DNA from: Hemiscyllium ocellatum
Taxonomy: Eukaryota
DNA length: 64,000 bases
Direction of reading: 5' to 3'
Assembly (NCBI RefSeq): GCF_020745735.1
Contig: NC_083435.1
Coordinates: 13,113,201 to 13,177,200, forward strand
A program made the position numbers and the translations under genes. Below, one piece after another: positions 13,976-26,711 of this stretch (positions within the stretch are counted from its first letter, which is position 1; each line of letters begins with the position of its first letter). The notes under the pieces are model-generated. The model did no database searches and had not been told where the DNA came from. It saw nothing but the letters and a program-made list of their open reading frames with translations.

Positions 13976-15049
13976 ATCCAGTCATTCTAATTAAGCAACA
14001 CAAATAATGAGTCACTCTCCCCATCAGCGCACACAACTTGAAAATCACTTTCGACCCAAGCTTGAACAAGCCAATTTCTGTCTACCTCCTACCTGCATCT
14101 CCCAACAAGATTTGCCATTTTCCTTTCTACCACTCCGCAACATTCCCATTCCAAACCCTGTCCCACTTCCACATCACCATTAGCCCTCATCCACCCCCCC
14201 CCCTCTCTTGTACTGTCATAGGTCCAATCTAAGTCTGATTCATCCCATCTGAAATAAAAACTAAATGGTGGAGAACCTCAGACCTGGCAGCAATAGGGTC
14301 AATGTTTTGAATACAGTACGATGTTTCTTCAAAACTAAGCCTATTCCTTCTGTGCAGTTTCCTAACACATTAGCTCTATGTCTAACAGTGTCTGCAGTGA
14401 GGCAATACCAGCAATTTGACCCAATGATAGTGATACAGTCCCAAGACAAGAGATTCCTCAACTCCGCTCAACTCCATGATCTTCCCGTATGCTATTGGCT
14501 AAAAGTAATTTCATAGCCTTCAATCAATTTATAGAAAGCCTTCTCAATGAGGGAGGTATTCTAAGTACCGTCATGGAGAAGCGCACAGCAGGGAGGTGGA
14601 GTGATGTAGAGAGAAAATTACTTTGTGATGGTTAGTTTAGGGTTTTGGTGCAACGCATTTTGGGATATGGTTAAGGTTTTGAGAAGTTAATATTTGGATG
14701 GTTAAGGATTTTCTGTGGTTGTGTTAGCATTGAGGTTTTCGAGAGGTTTATGTTTTAGGCTGAAACAAATTGCTGGATAAAGGCAGCAGGTCTGGCAGTA
14801 TCTGCAGAGAGAAAGGAGAGTTAACATTTTGGTACAATCCAGAACTGATTGTAGCTATTTAAGATTGGTACATACACTGAAGGTGGGGTGGGAGCTGGAA
14901 AATACCAACATCATATATACAAACCTTTTCCCCGCTATAATCAGTTCTGAAGACAGGTTACTGGAATAGAAGTGTTACCTCTATTTTCTCTCCCTGCATG
15001 CTGCCAGACTTGCTGAGTTTTTTTCACCATCTTCCATTTTTATTTCTTT

Positions 15050-16500
15050 GGTTTGTTTTCGTTCCAGATTTAAGACTGGTCTGGTTAGGATTTTCATGAG
15101 CGGTTAAAGTTCTGGGGGGAGGTGGAATGTGTTGTGGGTTTTGGCTATGCCTTTGGTAATGTTCTGAATGGTTTGGTAAGTATGAAGTTTTTTGGTGAAA
15201 AGGAGTTATGATTTTTGGGGCTGAAACTTTCAGATAGTTAGGTTACTTTGGGGTTTGGTAGTTAAGGTACTGGAGGTTATGGTTTTGAGGGTGTTTTAAG
15301 GGTTTTAGGCTATTCAGGTTATGGTTTTCTATACATGGTTTGGAAATTGAGTTTTGAATTTGAGGAGGGTTGAAAATGGGGATTTGGATAGGGTTTGAGA
15401 TGAAATTTAGATGTTGAATTTAAAGAGTGTTGGTGGCGAGGTTTTGGATGAAAGGTTTGTAAGGGCGGTTGGAGATGAGGAAGGGGCTTAGATGTCAGGT
15501 TTAGAGAATGGCTGGAGACAGTATTCAGTATCATGTTTGGAGGTGTGGGATTAAAATGACATTTGGATGGAGGGTTTAGAATTTGCTGCCAAGTATGGAG
15601 TGTTGATACAGACAGATTTCTAATTATGGGAATTAACAGTCATAAGGGAAAGTTGAGGATTATCAGATTATTCATGATCTCACTGAATGTCTGAGCAAAT
15701 CCGAAGGCTTACTTTTGCTTTCACATTGTTTGGAAGGAAGAGGATAATATTTGGAAATGATGTTGTGATTGTTAGAAACACTATTTTGGAGATGGGGGTC
15801 TTTTGGTCCAGGTTTTGAAGAGGGCTTTTGGTTGCAAGATTAGAGAGGGCTGGGGTTGCAGTCTTGGGGATAAGGTGTGGAGTTGGGGCTTTGAAGACAG
15901 ATTGGATATGAGGCTTCCAGAGGATTGGAGGTGGGGCTTGGAAGGGGCTGGAAGTGGTTTGAAGGTGGGGGTATGGGCTGAGATGGGGGAGTTGAAGGTG
16001 GTGGGAGGAAACTGTGGGAAACATTAACCCCATACCTTACAGAACGATTGGGGGCGGGGGGGTTGAAGATGGCGATTTGAGGCATTTGGAGGTGGGGATG
16101 AGCAGTTAAAGATGGTGGAAGAAAGATTGTGAAGATGGTGTGGCAGCGGGATTTAAGTTTGTTTGGTTGAAGATTGGGGTGCGTTTGAGTAAAAGATGGG
16201 GGTTTGGAGATGGGGATAGGATGGTGAAATTAAGGGTGGCTTAACCCGGGGGGGGGGGGAACTAAAATCAAAGGAATTGGGGATGCAGGAGTTAAATATG
16301 GGGGTTCGGAGGCAGGGGGGAGATCGGAGGCAGGGGGTGGGGGGAGGAATCGGGGGAGGGGGGAGGAATCGGAGGCAGGGGGTTGGAGGGGGAATCGGAG
16401 GCGGGGGGGTTGGAGGGGGAATCGGAGGCGGGGGGGTTGGGGAGATAAAATTATGATGTTATGGGTTTAGAGGGAGGTGGGGGGGGGGGGAGAGGACGTT
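15050..16500. repeat. G/T-skewed low-complexity tract ending in a G-rich ~26-bp repeat (ggggaatcggaggcgggggggttgga)
   Basis: Strong C depletion on the plus strand; repeated gaatcggaggc units at 16300-16445; long G runs. Confidence 0.7.
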
Positions 16501-17370
16501 ACAGACGGTCGGGGGCGGGGTAACACTCGGATGAGTTTTTTTAAATCCAGGAGCTTCCACGTAGGTTCCCCTCCTCACCCTCTCCCCCGGCCGGGGTCAG
16601 CGGCCGCGGCTCCGGCCTCTCCGGCCCAGGCGAACATGGGATAACTCCAGCCCCAGGCATGGGGCCTAACGCGAGCGGGAGCGGGGCCGGGGGGGGGAAG
16701 AGAGAAGAGGATGAGGGCGGGGTACAGTGCGAGGTGAAGACCCGAGCTCCCCCCACTCCCCCCCCTCTCTCTCTCTCTCTTTTCTCCCGTCCTGTCTCCC
16801 CGTAGGCCCCGCTCGGACTCACCAGGCTCCGAGTTGCCGCAGTCCCCGGCGGGTGGCCGACCGATTCCCGGGCCCGGATCCGCCAAAACTGCCGTGCGCC
16901 GGCAGCGGAGCGGAGCTGGGCCGACCAGCCGCAGCCGCGGAGTTTCCACCAGCCTCCCTTCCCTCCTTCCTTCCCTTCCCTTCCCAGGATCTCCCGGTCA
17001 CTGGATCCCTCCTCACTGGATCGCCCCGCCGCTCGGTCTCCCCGTCCCCCGGATGTCGCTCGATCTCTTGGCCACTGGATCTCTCTCCCCCCCCCACCCC
17101 CGGAGATCTGTGTCACTGGATCTCTCTCCCCCCCCCACCCCCGGAGATCTGTGTCACTGGATCTCCCTCCCCATGATCTCCCCAGCGTCTGGATCTTACT
17201 CTCTCTCTCTGGGTCTCCCCGCGGCTGGACGTCCCCGCCGCCGATTCCAGCGTCACTCGATCTCCCTCTCACCAGATCTCCCGTTGCGCAATCTCCGAGC
17301 TGCACTGGATCCCCCCCCGGCCCCTGATATCGCTCGATGTCTGCCACTGCAAACCTACTCGGCACATGGT
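16500..17370 (-). promoter_or_regulatory. CpG island, probable promoter and non-coding 5' exons of ZBTB12-like paralog A
   Basis: CpG-dense and non-coding; minus-strand donors CCTG|GTGAGT (exon end 16823) and GG|GTGAGG (16579); minus-strand acceptor near 16666. Assignment to paralog A is inference. Confidence 0.6.
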
Positions 17371-18560
17371 CTCTCCATCACTCGATCCCACTCTCATTGG
17401 ATCTCACCATAACTCGTTCTTTCTGTTATTCTTCTCCCCCGTCAATGGATCTCTGTTGCACTCCAGCCTTTCTGCAGGTGGGGGCGATCCTCATTTGATG
17501 TCTCAGACACCGGGACCTTCCACTGGGTCATTCGATCTCTCGGTAAATAGATTTCCCCGATGTTGAATCCGCAACTGAATCTCTGTAGCACTCAATAATA
17601 TTGGCACTGTTGGTGCATGCCACTGAATCCCTAGCACTCGACCTCTTAGCCACTGATATCGCTCAATCTCCCTAACACTGGATCGGCCAATCAATCGATT
17701 GATCATACTGACACTTTATAGCTCACTAACTGGAATAGAAAACTCTCACTAATCCCCAGATTTCAAACATCCTAGTACTGGATCACTAATCAATGTCTTT
17801 GCATCTCTATTGCTTACTCTCTTCCACTAATCTCCCCAATCACACTCTTGTTTATTTACTCGATCGATCACTGGAACACTGTCTCATAAGATCTCTGACT
17901 TGATCACCTAGGCACTCCCATCTTACTTCAGCTCAATTTATCAGTCATTAGAACCCTCTCGGACCTGATCTCACTGGCGTAGGATCTCCTTGCTGCACGA
18001 TCTGTGAATAGGCTCTTATCATGACTTCATCTGTAACTGTATCTCTCCTACCTGTCAGTCAGTCCATAAATAGAACCTTCACCATCACTTTATTTCTGTT
18101 CCATTAGAATCTCTGCCCACGCCCATTCATATGATTCATCACTGGATCTTCCCAATACTTGATCTTTTAGCCACAGATCTGTCACTGTTTCTCAAATAGC
18201 GTAGTAGAACCCTTATTGCTAGATCACTGTCACTCAGTCTAATTATCACTATTTATCTCTATTGATCAATCTCTGTAGAACTCTTCATTCAATTTCTGTA
18301 ACTGGATCTCCCAACACTCAAATCTACTGTTCACCAGATACACCTGCTTCAGCACTCTTTCATTTAATCACTGGATCTGTCATTTGACATCTGCCAATGA
18401 ATCCTTCAGCAATATCTCTAATACTGTCACTCGATTTCCCTAGCAATGGATCGACCACTGTTTCTGTCATTTGAGCTCTGGTATTGAAATTCTATGACAC
18501 CAGATTTGTTTGCTATTAGATGTCAGACTTTGTACTCAGTACTCTAGCACTGGATGGATC
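16995..18560. repeat. Degenerate array of CACTGGATC(T) motifs, including a ~41-bp tandem duplication at 17073-17165
   Basis: cactggatc and one-mismatch variants recur more than a dozen times across about 1.6 kb. Confidence 0.65.
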
Positions 18561-19059
18561 TCGAACAGGATCGATTTGACATAATCCTCTGTCAAACTGG
18601 GACTGAGTGCATTAATCACAGGATGCTTTTGGCTCTATAATCTGTAGTTCTGACACAGAATCCGTCTGGTTGTGAATCATTCTGACAGTCAGTTGGCATC
18701 AGATTCAGCACTTCCTAATGTTTTTATATTGCATGGTTCCAGCAATTGCTATAGGATCACTCCAAAGATTGGCACATTTGAAACTGGATCTTTCTCTGAA
18801 TCTCATCCGTTTTCTACTGACAAACACCACAGTCACACAGATTCACAAACTCTTAGCTAACAAACCTACCAGCTATGTTTTATACATCCCCACACGAATC
18901 AGTGTTTTAGTACTTATTAAATGATAAACTTCCTTTCATTGGTAAAATGGCAAATCTTAGCTGTCATAATAGCTGTCTCATTTGTCAGTGTTAAGTTAAA
19001 ATTGCCATTCATGGACTCATACAACAATTCAGTTCATGTCTTTGCAGAATGAATATTTA

Positions 19060-19375
19060 TGAGAATAGTAATTCTGCCCCTCTCCCCATTTGAGATTAGT
19101 TACAATCCTGTTCCCACCATGAATGAAGTTAACCAACATTGCTATCTTCTCTATTTTTGGGGATTTGTAACAATTCTGCTCTACTAAATCTAAGATTGGT
19201 AATAATCCTGTTCTTCCCCGCTGTTTCAGATTGTGCAGGATTGTTATCAGTGTCAAAGATTAGTAACAATCCTGTTTCCACCATGCCTGAGATTAGTAAT
19301 ATTTATGCGCTTATATTTGAGATCAGTAACAATTGTGTTACCACTGTCTATGGGATTAATAATTTTATTCCCTTA
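19060..19375. repeat. Decayed minisatellite, unit about 30 bp (gagattagtaacaatcctgttcccaccatg)
   Basis: About nine diverged copies of gattagtaacaat..tg are visible. Confidence 0.6.
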
Positions 19376-21483
19376 ATTTTCTACACCATCCCCAACACCA
19401 TGTAGGAGTTTAGCAAACATGCTTAATGTCAAATTTATCAGACGAGAGAATTTATGAAATTTATATTTATTTGTCAAGCAGCTGAAGATTGACACCAATA
19501 TTATCCTTAGAGTTGAAATGAACCACAACACAATCTAAAAATTATACATTCTATTTTTTACATGTAATAAAACTCTACTGAGATGGAAAAGACAAGCTCT
19601 CTAATGGACTTAAAGGGTGGCTTGGTAGGTCACAGCTCATTCTCAGCAGGGATGGGAACAGTCAGGAAGGTTTGAAAGCTACACTGGTCCCTTAATCACA
19701 CTACTCCCATTGGGAATTGATTTAGCAGCAGATAAAACTAGCCATGCCTGATGTTATAATACTTAGTAATCGTAGTTTCGTAAATACTGTCAGAATACAA
19801 AGCGGAGATTAAACTAAACCTGGACAAAACATAGGCAAGGCCTCAGCTGGGATACTTTATCCTGTTCAGGACCATTGGAGCACTTTAGAAAGGACATTAG
19901 GGTTGGGGTAGGTGCAGAAGAGGTCTCCAAAAATTGTTCTGGGCTAAAGGATATGGAGTGCTTGGGACTGTTCTTTGTGGTGGTGGTTTGGTGTAGGGGA
20001 AGGAGGTTAGGTGCAAAATTGCAAGATGCTCAAAATCATAAATAGTTTCATCAAAGTAAACACAGAGAAACTGTTTCCGTTGGTTACATGAGTTGAAAAC
20101 TAGAGGGCATAGGAGCAAGTTAATCAGCAGAAGAACCCAGAGGTGACAAGGAGAAATATTACTACAGGTAGCGATCTGCAAGACACTACCCAGTGGAAAG
20201 AGATTCAATAACAGATTTTGACTTTGAAATTTAACAAGCACTTCAATCTGCATTTAACATGCTGTAACTTACAGGGCTATAGCCCCCAGGCTGGAGAGTA
20301 GAATTATGTTAGATGGACAGCAGCTGACACAATCGGCTGAAGAACCATCATCCATGATGTGAGTTCTATGATCTTTGTAAATTCAACAAATAGAAGGGGA
20401 AAATGATATTTACAAAGTGATGGGTGTTTGATTAATTGAATCATATTACCAAGGAACCTGCAGAGCCATGAAAGGTGAATGGCTTCCTGCTCTGCAGTCT
20501 GATGTCTCAGACTGGAGTACAACTTGGAATTCGGCTGATCAACTCGTCGCAAAGCCTCAGTGACCAGGGCAAAGACCTCAAGGACAGTCAGTAAAGTGGA
20601 GGTTCTATCCTCTGAGCCCCAGGGAACCAGTTGCAAGGGCATGTTTGCTGGTGATGTAGCTCCTCTGATTTTGACAAAATTGAGAACTTGACCTAGATGC
20701 AGAAAAAATGATCAGATCGGCCATGATCTTGTTGAATGGTGGAGTGGATGTAACGGGAGTATTGACCTATTTTGCTCCCAAATCTTATTGGATAGGGGTC
20801 AGAGAACATGATAGAGACTGTGTGTGAGGTTGCATATAATGTGGGGGGAGGCAAAAGAGCAGCAACTCTGCTGAGATGGAGAGAGGAGGAGGCAGGCGCG
20901 AGGGGCACTACAAAAAGGAGGAGGAACTGAGTGTTATCTAGAGTGGAATTTGCACGTGTGTGCAGGGTTGCGGTTTTCAGGTTGGTATGGAGTACCCATC
21001 ATCAGTATGTGTCACCTTGCCCCCCCAAGCCATCCCACAAATTGTTCTACTTATTACCCTGCCACTCCCCCAACAACATAATAGGGAACTCTTCAAACAC
21101 TCTCAACTCTTCTGGAAGGATCCTTTCACTCCCGATCCATCCCCAGTACCTCATTCACCTCTGGGGATCCGCTTACATACACACGACACACACCCTCCCC
21201 ATTCCAAGGGATCAAGCCCACCAGAAGTGCCACCACCCCCTCCACATTTCTCCTATTCCGCTTAATGCCAACCCAACCCCTAGGGATACACCCCACCCTC
21301 CACCCTATCCAAAGGGATTCCCTCTCTCATACCTCACCCCCAGCTTTGGGACCCACCCTCCACCACCGAGAGCTCCACGCCTCCTCGCCAACCCACTTTC
21401 CTTACGTGGGAGGGCCCCCCCCATGCACCACACCTCCCTGGCTCCATCACCCCAGGGCCTACCCTGAACCCCCCCCCGTCCAG

Positions 21484-22956
21484 CTAGGGCACGACCACGT
21501 TGATCTCGGCTAGCCTGGGCTCCCCGGAGTTCTTGCCGCTGGTGGTCTTGCCGTGCTGGTCCCGGAGGTGGACCCGCAGGGTGTTGTAGTGGGTGAAGCG
21601 CATGTCGCAGTAGCCGCAGCTGTGCGGCGAGTCTCCGCTGTGGACGTTCATGTGGTCCTTGAGCGAGCGGTTCTGGGTGAAGGCCCGGCCGCAGACGGCG
21701 CAGCCGTACGGCTTGAAGCCGGTGTGCACGTTGAGGTGCTGGGCCAGCCGCGCGTTCTTCTTGAAGAGCTTGCCGCAGAGCGGGCACATGTAGAGCTTGT
21801 GGAGCAGCAGGTGGGCCGCCAGGCCGCTGCGCTGCTCGAACGGGGCCCCGCACTCCGAGCACAGGAGGGGCGGCTCGGCCAAGCCCCCGGCTCCGGGAGC
21901 GGGCCCGGGGCCCTCCTCCAGGCCCGAGGCCTGCGGCTCCTCTCCCAGCCCCGGCCGCTGGTAGAAACCCCCTGCCGCCGCCGCCCCCCCGCCGTAGAAA
22001 CCCCCCGAGGCCCGGCACTCCTCGCTGGCCGAGCTCTCGTAGTCGTCCTCGGGCTCTTCCTCCCCTCCTTCCTCCGCCCCGGTGCCCGGCGGGTAGGCCT
22101 CGGCCACCATCCCTTCGGCCTTGGCCCGGTCCTCCTCCCCATCTCCGCCATCGCCCCCTTCCTCCCCCTGGCCCACCTCCAGCCCCGGCCTCCGGTGGAC
22201 GCGGCCTTCCGTCTCCAGGTAATCGGCGGCGGGCGGAGGAGGCGGGTGAGGGGCGGCGAGGGCCTCCCTGTCACCGGGGCCTAGGAGAGGAGGAGGAGGA
22301 GAAGCCTGGGCCTCGAGTTTGACCGGTTCGACGCCTCGCACCGCCCCCGTCGTCCCGGGGGGCTGGGTGGGACGAGGAAGGGGGGAGGCCTCGGCCTCGA
22401 GTCTCTCCGCCGCCCGGTTCGCAGCCGCTCCGACGCGCGGGTTTCCGGAGGAGCGGCCCGGGCGCAGGCCTCCTCCTGCGGCTCCAGCGGCCGCAGGCCC
22501 CGCTCCCTCCTCGGCCTCGCCGACGCCGCCGCCCCCGTCCTGGGCGAGCCGCAGCAGCGAGGCGGCCACCACGCAGGGCGAGAGCGAGCGGCGGCACTGC
22601 TCGACCACGTCCTCCATCTGCAGGCAGCTGGCGGCGGTCAGGTAGTCGAGGATGTCGGCGAAGGGGAACTCGAGGCGGCCGGTGTAGCAGGCGAGCAGCA
22701 GGCGGAGCACGGCCTGCGGGGCGGCGGTGGCGGGCAGCACGGTGACCTCGCGGGCCGGCTCCATGCGGAAGCGGTCGCGCAGGAACGGCGAGCAGGCGGC
22801 CAGCACCACCCGGTGGCCCGGGAACCGCAGGCCGCCCGCCAGCACCGTCACGTCGCAGAACCACTCGCCCCGCCGCAGCTCGTCCATGTTCCGCAGCGCC
22901 GTCGAGTCGTGCTCCGGGAACCTGAAGCGCAGCAGCTTCCCCCCGCCGTCGGCCAT
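21484..22956 (-). CDS. BTB/POZ + 4 C2H2 zinc-finger protein, ZBTB12-like paralog B (490 aa from ATG 22956)
   Basis: [35 protein letters not shown]; fingers nearly identical to paralog A; shares [11 protein letters not shown] and a C-terminal AEI..VVP with A; Kozak gcgATGg. Confidence 0.92.
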   Translation of the reverse strand: MADGGGKLLRFRFPEHDSTALRNMDELRRGEWFCDVTVLAGGLRFPGHRVVLAACSPFLRDRFRMEPAREVTVLPATAAPQAVLRLLLACYTGRLEFPFADILDYLTAASCLQMEDVVEQCRRSLSPCVVAASLLRLAQDGGGGVGEAEEGAGPAAAGAAGGGLRPGRSSGNPRVGAAANRAAERLEAEASPLPRPTQPPGTTGAVRGVEPVKLEAQASPPPPLLGPGDREALAAPHPPPPPAADYLETEGRVHRRPGLEVGQGEEGGDGGDGEEDRAKAEGMVAEAYPPGTGAEEGGEEEPEDDYESSASEECRASGGFYGGGAAAAGGFYQRPGLGEEPQASGLEEGPGPAPGAGGLAEPPLLCSECGAPFEQRSGLAAHLLLHKLYMCPLCGKLFKKNARLAQHLNVHTGFKPYGCAVCGRAFTQNRSLKDHMNVHSGDSPHSCGYCDMRFTHYNTLRVHLRDQHGKTTSGKNSGEPRLAEINVVVP

Positions 22957-23169
22957 CGCCTCCAGCTTCACCGCCTGCAGCAGCGACAACTCGACAAGAG
23001 AAGTCCGCTTTGGTGATGGCCTTTCGGGGGTGTGGGGGCTAGTGTTGGCCGAGGAGCCTCAGCGTGTTCTCCCCACACGCGGAGAGGGAGGGCTCTGTGT
23101 TGCCCAGGGATCAAGGAACTTGCCTCTTCTCCCTGGCGAACAACCGCTGCGTCTTTCAAAGGGAATCCT

Positions 23170-23640
23170 CCCTACTCTGTTCACTCCTGCGTCGCCACCC
23201 CACCGACCCATTCCTTGTTCCCACCCTTCTGACCCCATTCTATGTTCCCACCCCGATTCATCTTTTTCCTACCCCTCTGCCCATTCCTTGTTCCCACCCC
23301 GACCCTATTTTTTTATTCCCGCCCCTCTGACCCCATTTCTTGTTCCCACCCCGATTCCTTTTTCTGCACCTGTTCCCACGCCTCTGACCCTATTTCTTGT
23401 TCTCATTTCTCCTTCTCAGCCCCATTCCTCGTTTCCATCCACTTTCCTTCTTCCCTCTCCTCTGCATCCATTCCTTCTTTCCACCTCTCTGCTCATTCCA
23501 TCTGCCCTCCTACCCCCCCCAATTCCTTCTTCTCACCCCACCATCTCCATTCCTCCTTCCCACACTTCCCTACACTCACCCATCTGCCTCCACTGTATTC
23601 CCACCCATCTCCTCTCCTCCCACTCTTGAATCCCCTGCAC
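23170..23640. repeat. Pyrimidine-rich degenerate repeat (ccccattccttgttcccaccc-like units)
   Basis: Repeated ttgttcccacccc and tctgacccc units just upstream of paralog B. Confidence 0.6.
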
Positions 23641-23803
23641 ACTAATTCTGTCCACTGCCTCCATGCTCTTTCAACCTTCTGTGATCTTCCAGGCTGTGAG
23701 AGATTGGGTAGGCTTGTTTTTCCTGAGGGGAAAGAAGTCTGACTGAGCACCAATTGAGGTGGACAAAGATCTGAGGGGTGTAGAAAGGGACAAACCTTGC
23801 CCA

Positions 23804-24134
23804 GGGCAGTATGGTGGCTCAGTGGTTAGCACTGCTGCCTTATAGCACCAGGGACCAGGGTTCAATTCCAGCTTTGGGCTGTATGGAGTTTGCACATTTT
23901 CTCCACGTTTGCATGTTTCCTCTCACCATCACCATCTAAAAAATATGCAGTTGGATTGTCCTTGCTAAATTACCCATTGTCTAGAGTTGTGCAGGCTAGG
24001 TGGATTAGCCATTGAAAATGCAGGGTTACAGGGATAGGGTAGAGAGATGGGTCTGACTGGGATGCTCTTTGGAGAGTTGGTGTAGACCTAATGGGTTGAA
24101 TGCTTGATTGCACACTGCAGGGGTTCCATTCTGT
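23804..24134 (+). mobile_element. HE1/V-type SINE
   Basis: ggtggctcagtggttagcactgctgcc A-box head, gggttcaattcc B-box, tggagtttgcaca V-domain. Confidence 0.8.
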
Positions 24135-24641
24135 GAATAGAGGGGTCATAAACCAGAGGGCACAGTTTTATGGTAAAAAGTAGGAGGCTGAGAAGAGATT
24201 TGAAGGAAATTCTTTCACTTCAAGGGTTGTGGTTATCCAAATATTTTGCCTGTTTGGATGGTGGAAGCAAGAACCCTTGAGGCATTTAAGAACTATTAAA
24301 TGAGCACTTGATATATCCTATGATAAAAGGCTACAGGCCACCGATTGGATAATGGGTTTAGAATACATGGAGTTTGATGACTGGCATGGATACAATTTGT
24401 TGAAGATCCTCTTTCCCCATTGTTAAAAACTATTACTCCTTGTCATTATGTTTATTTCCATGACCTGGTATAGGAGACTATAATTTGCCGGAAGCCTCAA
24501 GCACAAGTAAATGCAATAAGCTGACCAGAAGACTCTCCAACTCTGACCACCAGATTGTAAAAGCTGGCAAGATTTGCAGACTGGTAGTCAAACTATTCTA
24601 TCAACACACCCTCCTTGGCCATCAGGTATCAAGTTCTAGGG

Positions 24642-24856
24642 TAATCAAGCAGTAGAGTGGAAGGACACAGCAAGCCAGGCAGCATCAGGAGATGGAGAAG
24701 TCGACATTTCGGGTATAACCCTTTTTCAGGACTGAAGACGAGTTACACCTAAAACATCGACTTTTCCACCTCCTGATTCTGACTGGCTTGCTGTGTTCTT
24801 TCAGCCTCCTGCTTGTCCACCTTGGATTCCAGTATCTGCAGTTGTTTTTGTCTCTA
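24642..24856. mobile_element. Penelope-derived hairpin mini-element with TSD
   Basis: Inverted arms acacagcaagccag / ctggcttgctgtgt; two degenerate back-to-back hammerhead cores; TSD atcaagttctaggg (24628) vs atcaagatctaggg (24857). Confidence 0.7.
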
Positions 24857-25238
24857 ATCAAGATCTAGGGAGGGATTTAAAACTCAGAATGTTAATATTT
24901 TAACTAAGAGGCAGGAATAACACCATAAGACTTTTATGAGGTTATGAAGTTAATAATTAATTTATGAACAAACAGATTTGTTGGTGCAAGCACCTAACAA
25001 TGAGTTAGAGTACAATCTTTCACAACTGTGTACTATTAAAGTAAGAATGTCTTACTGCTAATTTGTAAGGCTATGCAGGAACACATCTGGAATATTGGTC
25101 TCCTTGCTAAAGAGTGGATATACTAGCCATAGAGCGTGCAGGGTAAGTTCACTTGACTTATACTGGAGATGGTAAGATTCTTCTTTGAGGAGAGATTGCT
25201 TTGATGGGACCTTTATTCACTGAAGTTTAGAAGGATAA

Positions 25239-26711
25239 CGCAAGGTTTGTGAAGGTTTTAGCTCAGGTTGAGGTTTAGGGTGTAGGTTTGCTCACTGAGC
25301 TGTAGGTTTGATATCCAGACGTTTCATTACCTGGCTAGGTAAAATCATCAGTGGCGACCTCCAAGTGAAGCGAAGCTGTTGTCTCCTACTTTCTATTTAT
25401 ATCTTTCTCCTGGATGGGGTTCCTGGGGTTTGTGGTGATGTCATTTCCTGTTCGTTTTCTGAGGAGTTGATAGGTGGCATCTAGATTGATGTGGTTGGAG
25501 TGCCAGGCCTCTAGGAATTCTCTGGCATGTCTTTGCTTAGCCTGAACCAGGATAGATGTGTTGTCCCAGTCAAAATGATGGGTTTTTTTCATCCATGTGC
25601 AGGGCTATGAGGGAGAGGGGGTCGTGTCTTTTTGTGGCTAGCTGGTGTTCATGTATCCTGGTGGCTAACTTTCTTCCTGTTTGTCCTACGTAGTGTTTGT
25701 GGCAGACCTTGCATGGAATCTTATAGATGACGTTGGTTTTTCCATGGGTTGTACTGGGTCTTTTAAGTTTGTTAGGTTTTGTTTGAGAGTGTTGGTGGGT
25801 TTGTGTGCTACTAGGATTACGAGGGGTCTCAGTAGTCTGGCTGTCATTTCTGAAACTACTTTGATATATGGTAAGGTGGTTAGGGTTTCTGGCTGTGTTT
25901 TGTCTGCTTGTCGTGGTTTGTTCTTGAGGAATCTGCGCACTGTTTTTTCAATATCTGTTCTTCTTGAATACGTCGTATAGGTGGTTCTCCTCTGTTTTTC
26001 AAAGTTCGTCTGTGCTGCAGTGTGTGGTGGCTCGTTGGAATAGGATTCAGCTTTGTTTGTGTGTGTTGGGATAGTTGCTGGTGTAGTTGAGTATTTGGTC
26101 AGTGTTTGTTGGTTTTCTGTATACACAGGTTTGTAATTCTCCCTTGTCATTTCTTTCTACTGTGACATCCAGAAATGCGAGTTTGTTGTCAGTTTCATCC
26201 AACTTGGTGAACTTTATGCCTGTGAGGGTATTGTTGATGATGTTAAATGTCTCTTCTATCTTGTTTCGTTTTGTGATGACAAAGGTGTCATCTACGTAGC
26301 GAAGCCAGATTTTTGGTTTGATGAACACCAGCTAGCCACAAAAAGACACGACCCCCTCTCCCTCATAGCCCTGCACATGGATGAAAAAAACCCATCATTT
26401 CGACTGGGACAACACATCTATCCTGGTTCAGGCTAAGCAAAGACGTGCCAGAGAATTCCTAGAGCCTGGCACTCCAACCACAACGCCATAAACAAGCACA
26501 TCAATCTGGATGCCATCTATCAACCCCTCAGAAAACAAACAGGAAATGACATCACCACAAACCCCAGGAACCCCATCCAGGAGAAAGATATAAATAGAAA
26601 GCAGGAGACAACAGCTTCCTGCACTTGAAGGTCGCCACTGATGATGTTACCTAGCCAGGTAATGAAACGTCTGGATATCAAACCTACAGCTCAGCGAGCA
26701 AATCTACACCC
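25239..26711 (-). mobile_element. Penelope-like element (Penelope/Poseidon-type), frameshifted, with inverted terminal duplication, inserted in a CR1 fragment
   Basis: RT motif WLRYVDDTF and VYRKPTNTDQIL (26047-26328); endonuclease C-terminus REFLEAWHS; arms 25277-25652 and 26321-26712 are inverted; 12-bp TSD ttagaaggataa at 25227 and 26712. Confidence 0.9.
26635..26674 (+). ncRNA. Minimal hammerhead ribozyme motif (inverted copy at 25315-25354, minus strand)
   Basis: cca-CTGATGA-t-gttacct(agcc)aggtaat-GAAA-CGTC-tgg. Confidence 0.8.

Noticed and set aside
16541-17412. 274-aa and 192-aa ORFs in the CpG island
   Set aside because: Stop-poor GC-rich sequence giving G/R/P/S low-complexity peptides; better explained as promoter or 5' UTR.
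21646-21700. Gene conversion between paralogs B and C over finger 3 (about 50 nt near-identical to 30452-30503)
   Set aside because: The tract is short, protein-constrained and has near-saturated GC3 in both genes, so conversion cannot be separated from constraint plus codon bias by eye.
21305-23629. Long overlapping and antisense ORFs around paralogs B and C (also 30341..31537 and 30358..31416)
   Set aside because: Shadow frames of very GC-rich CDS or low-complexity sequence; no recognisable domains.
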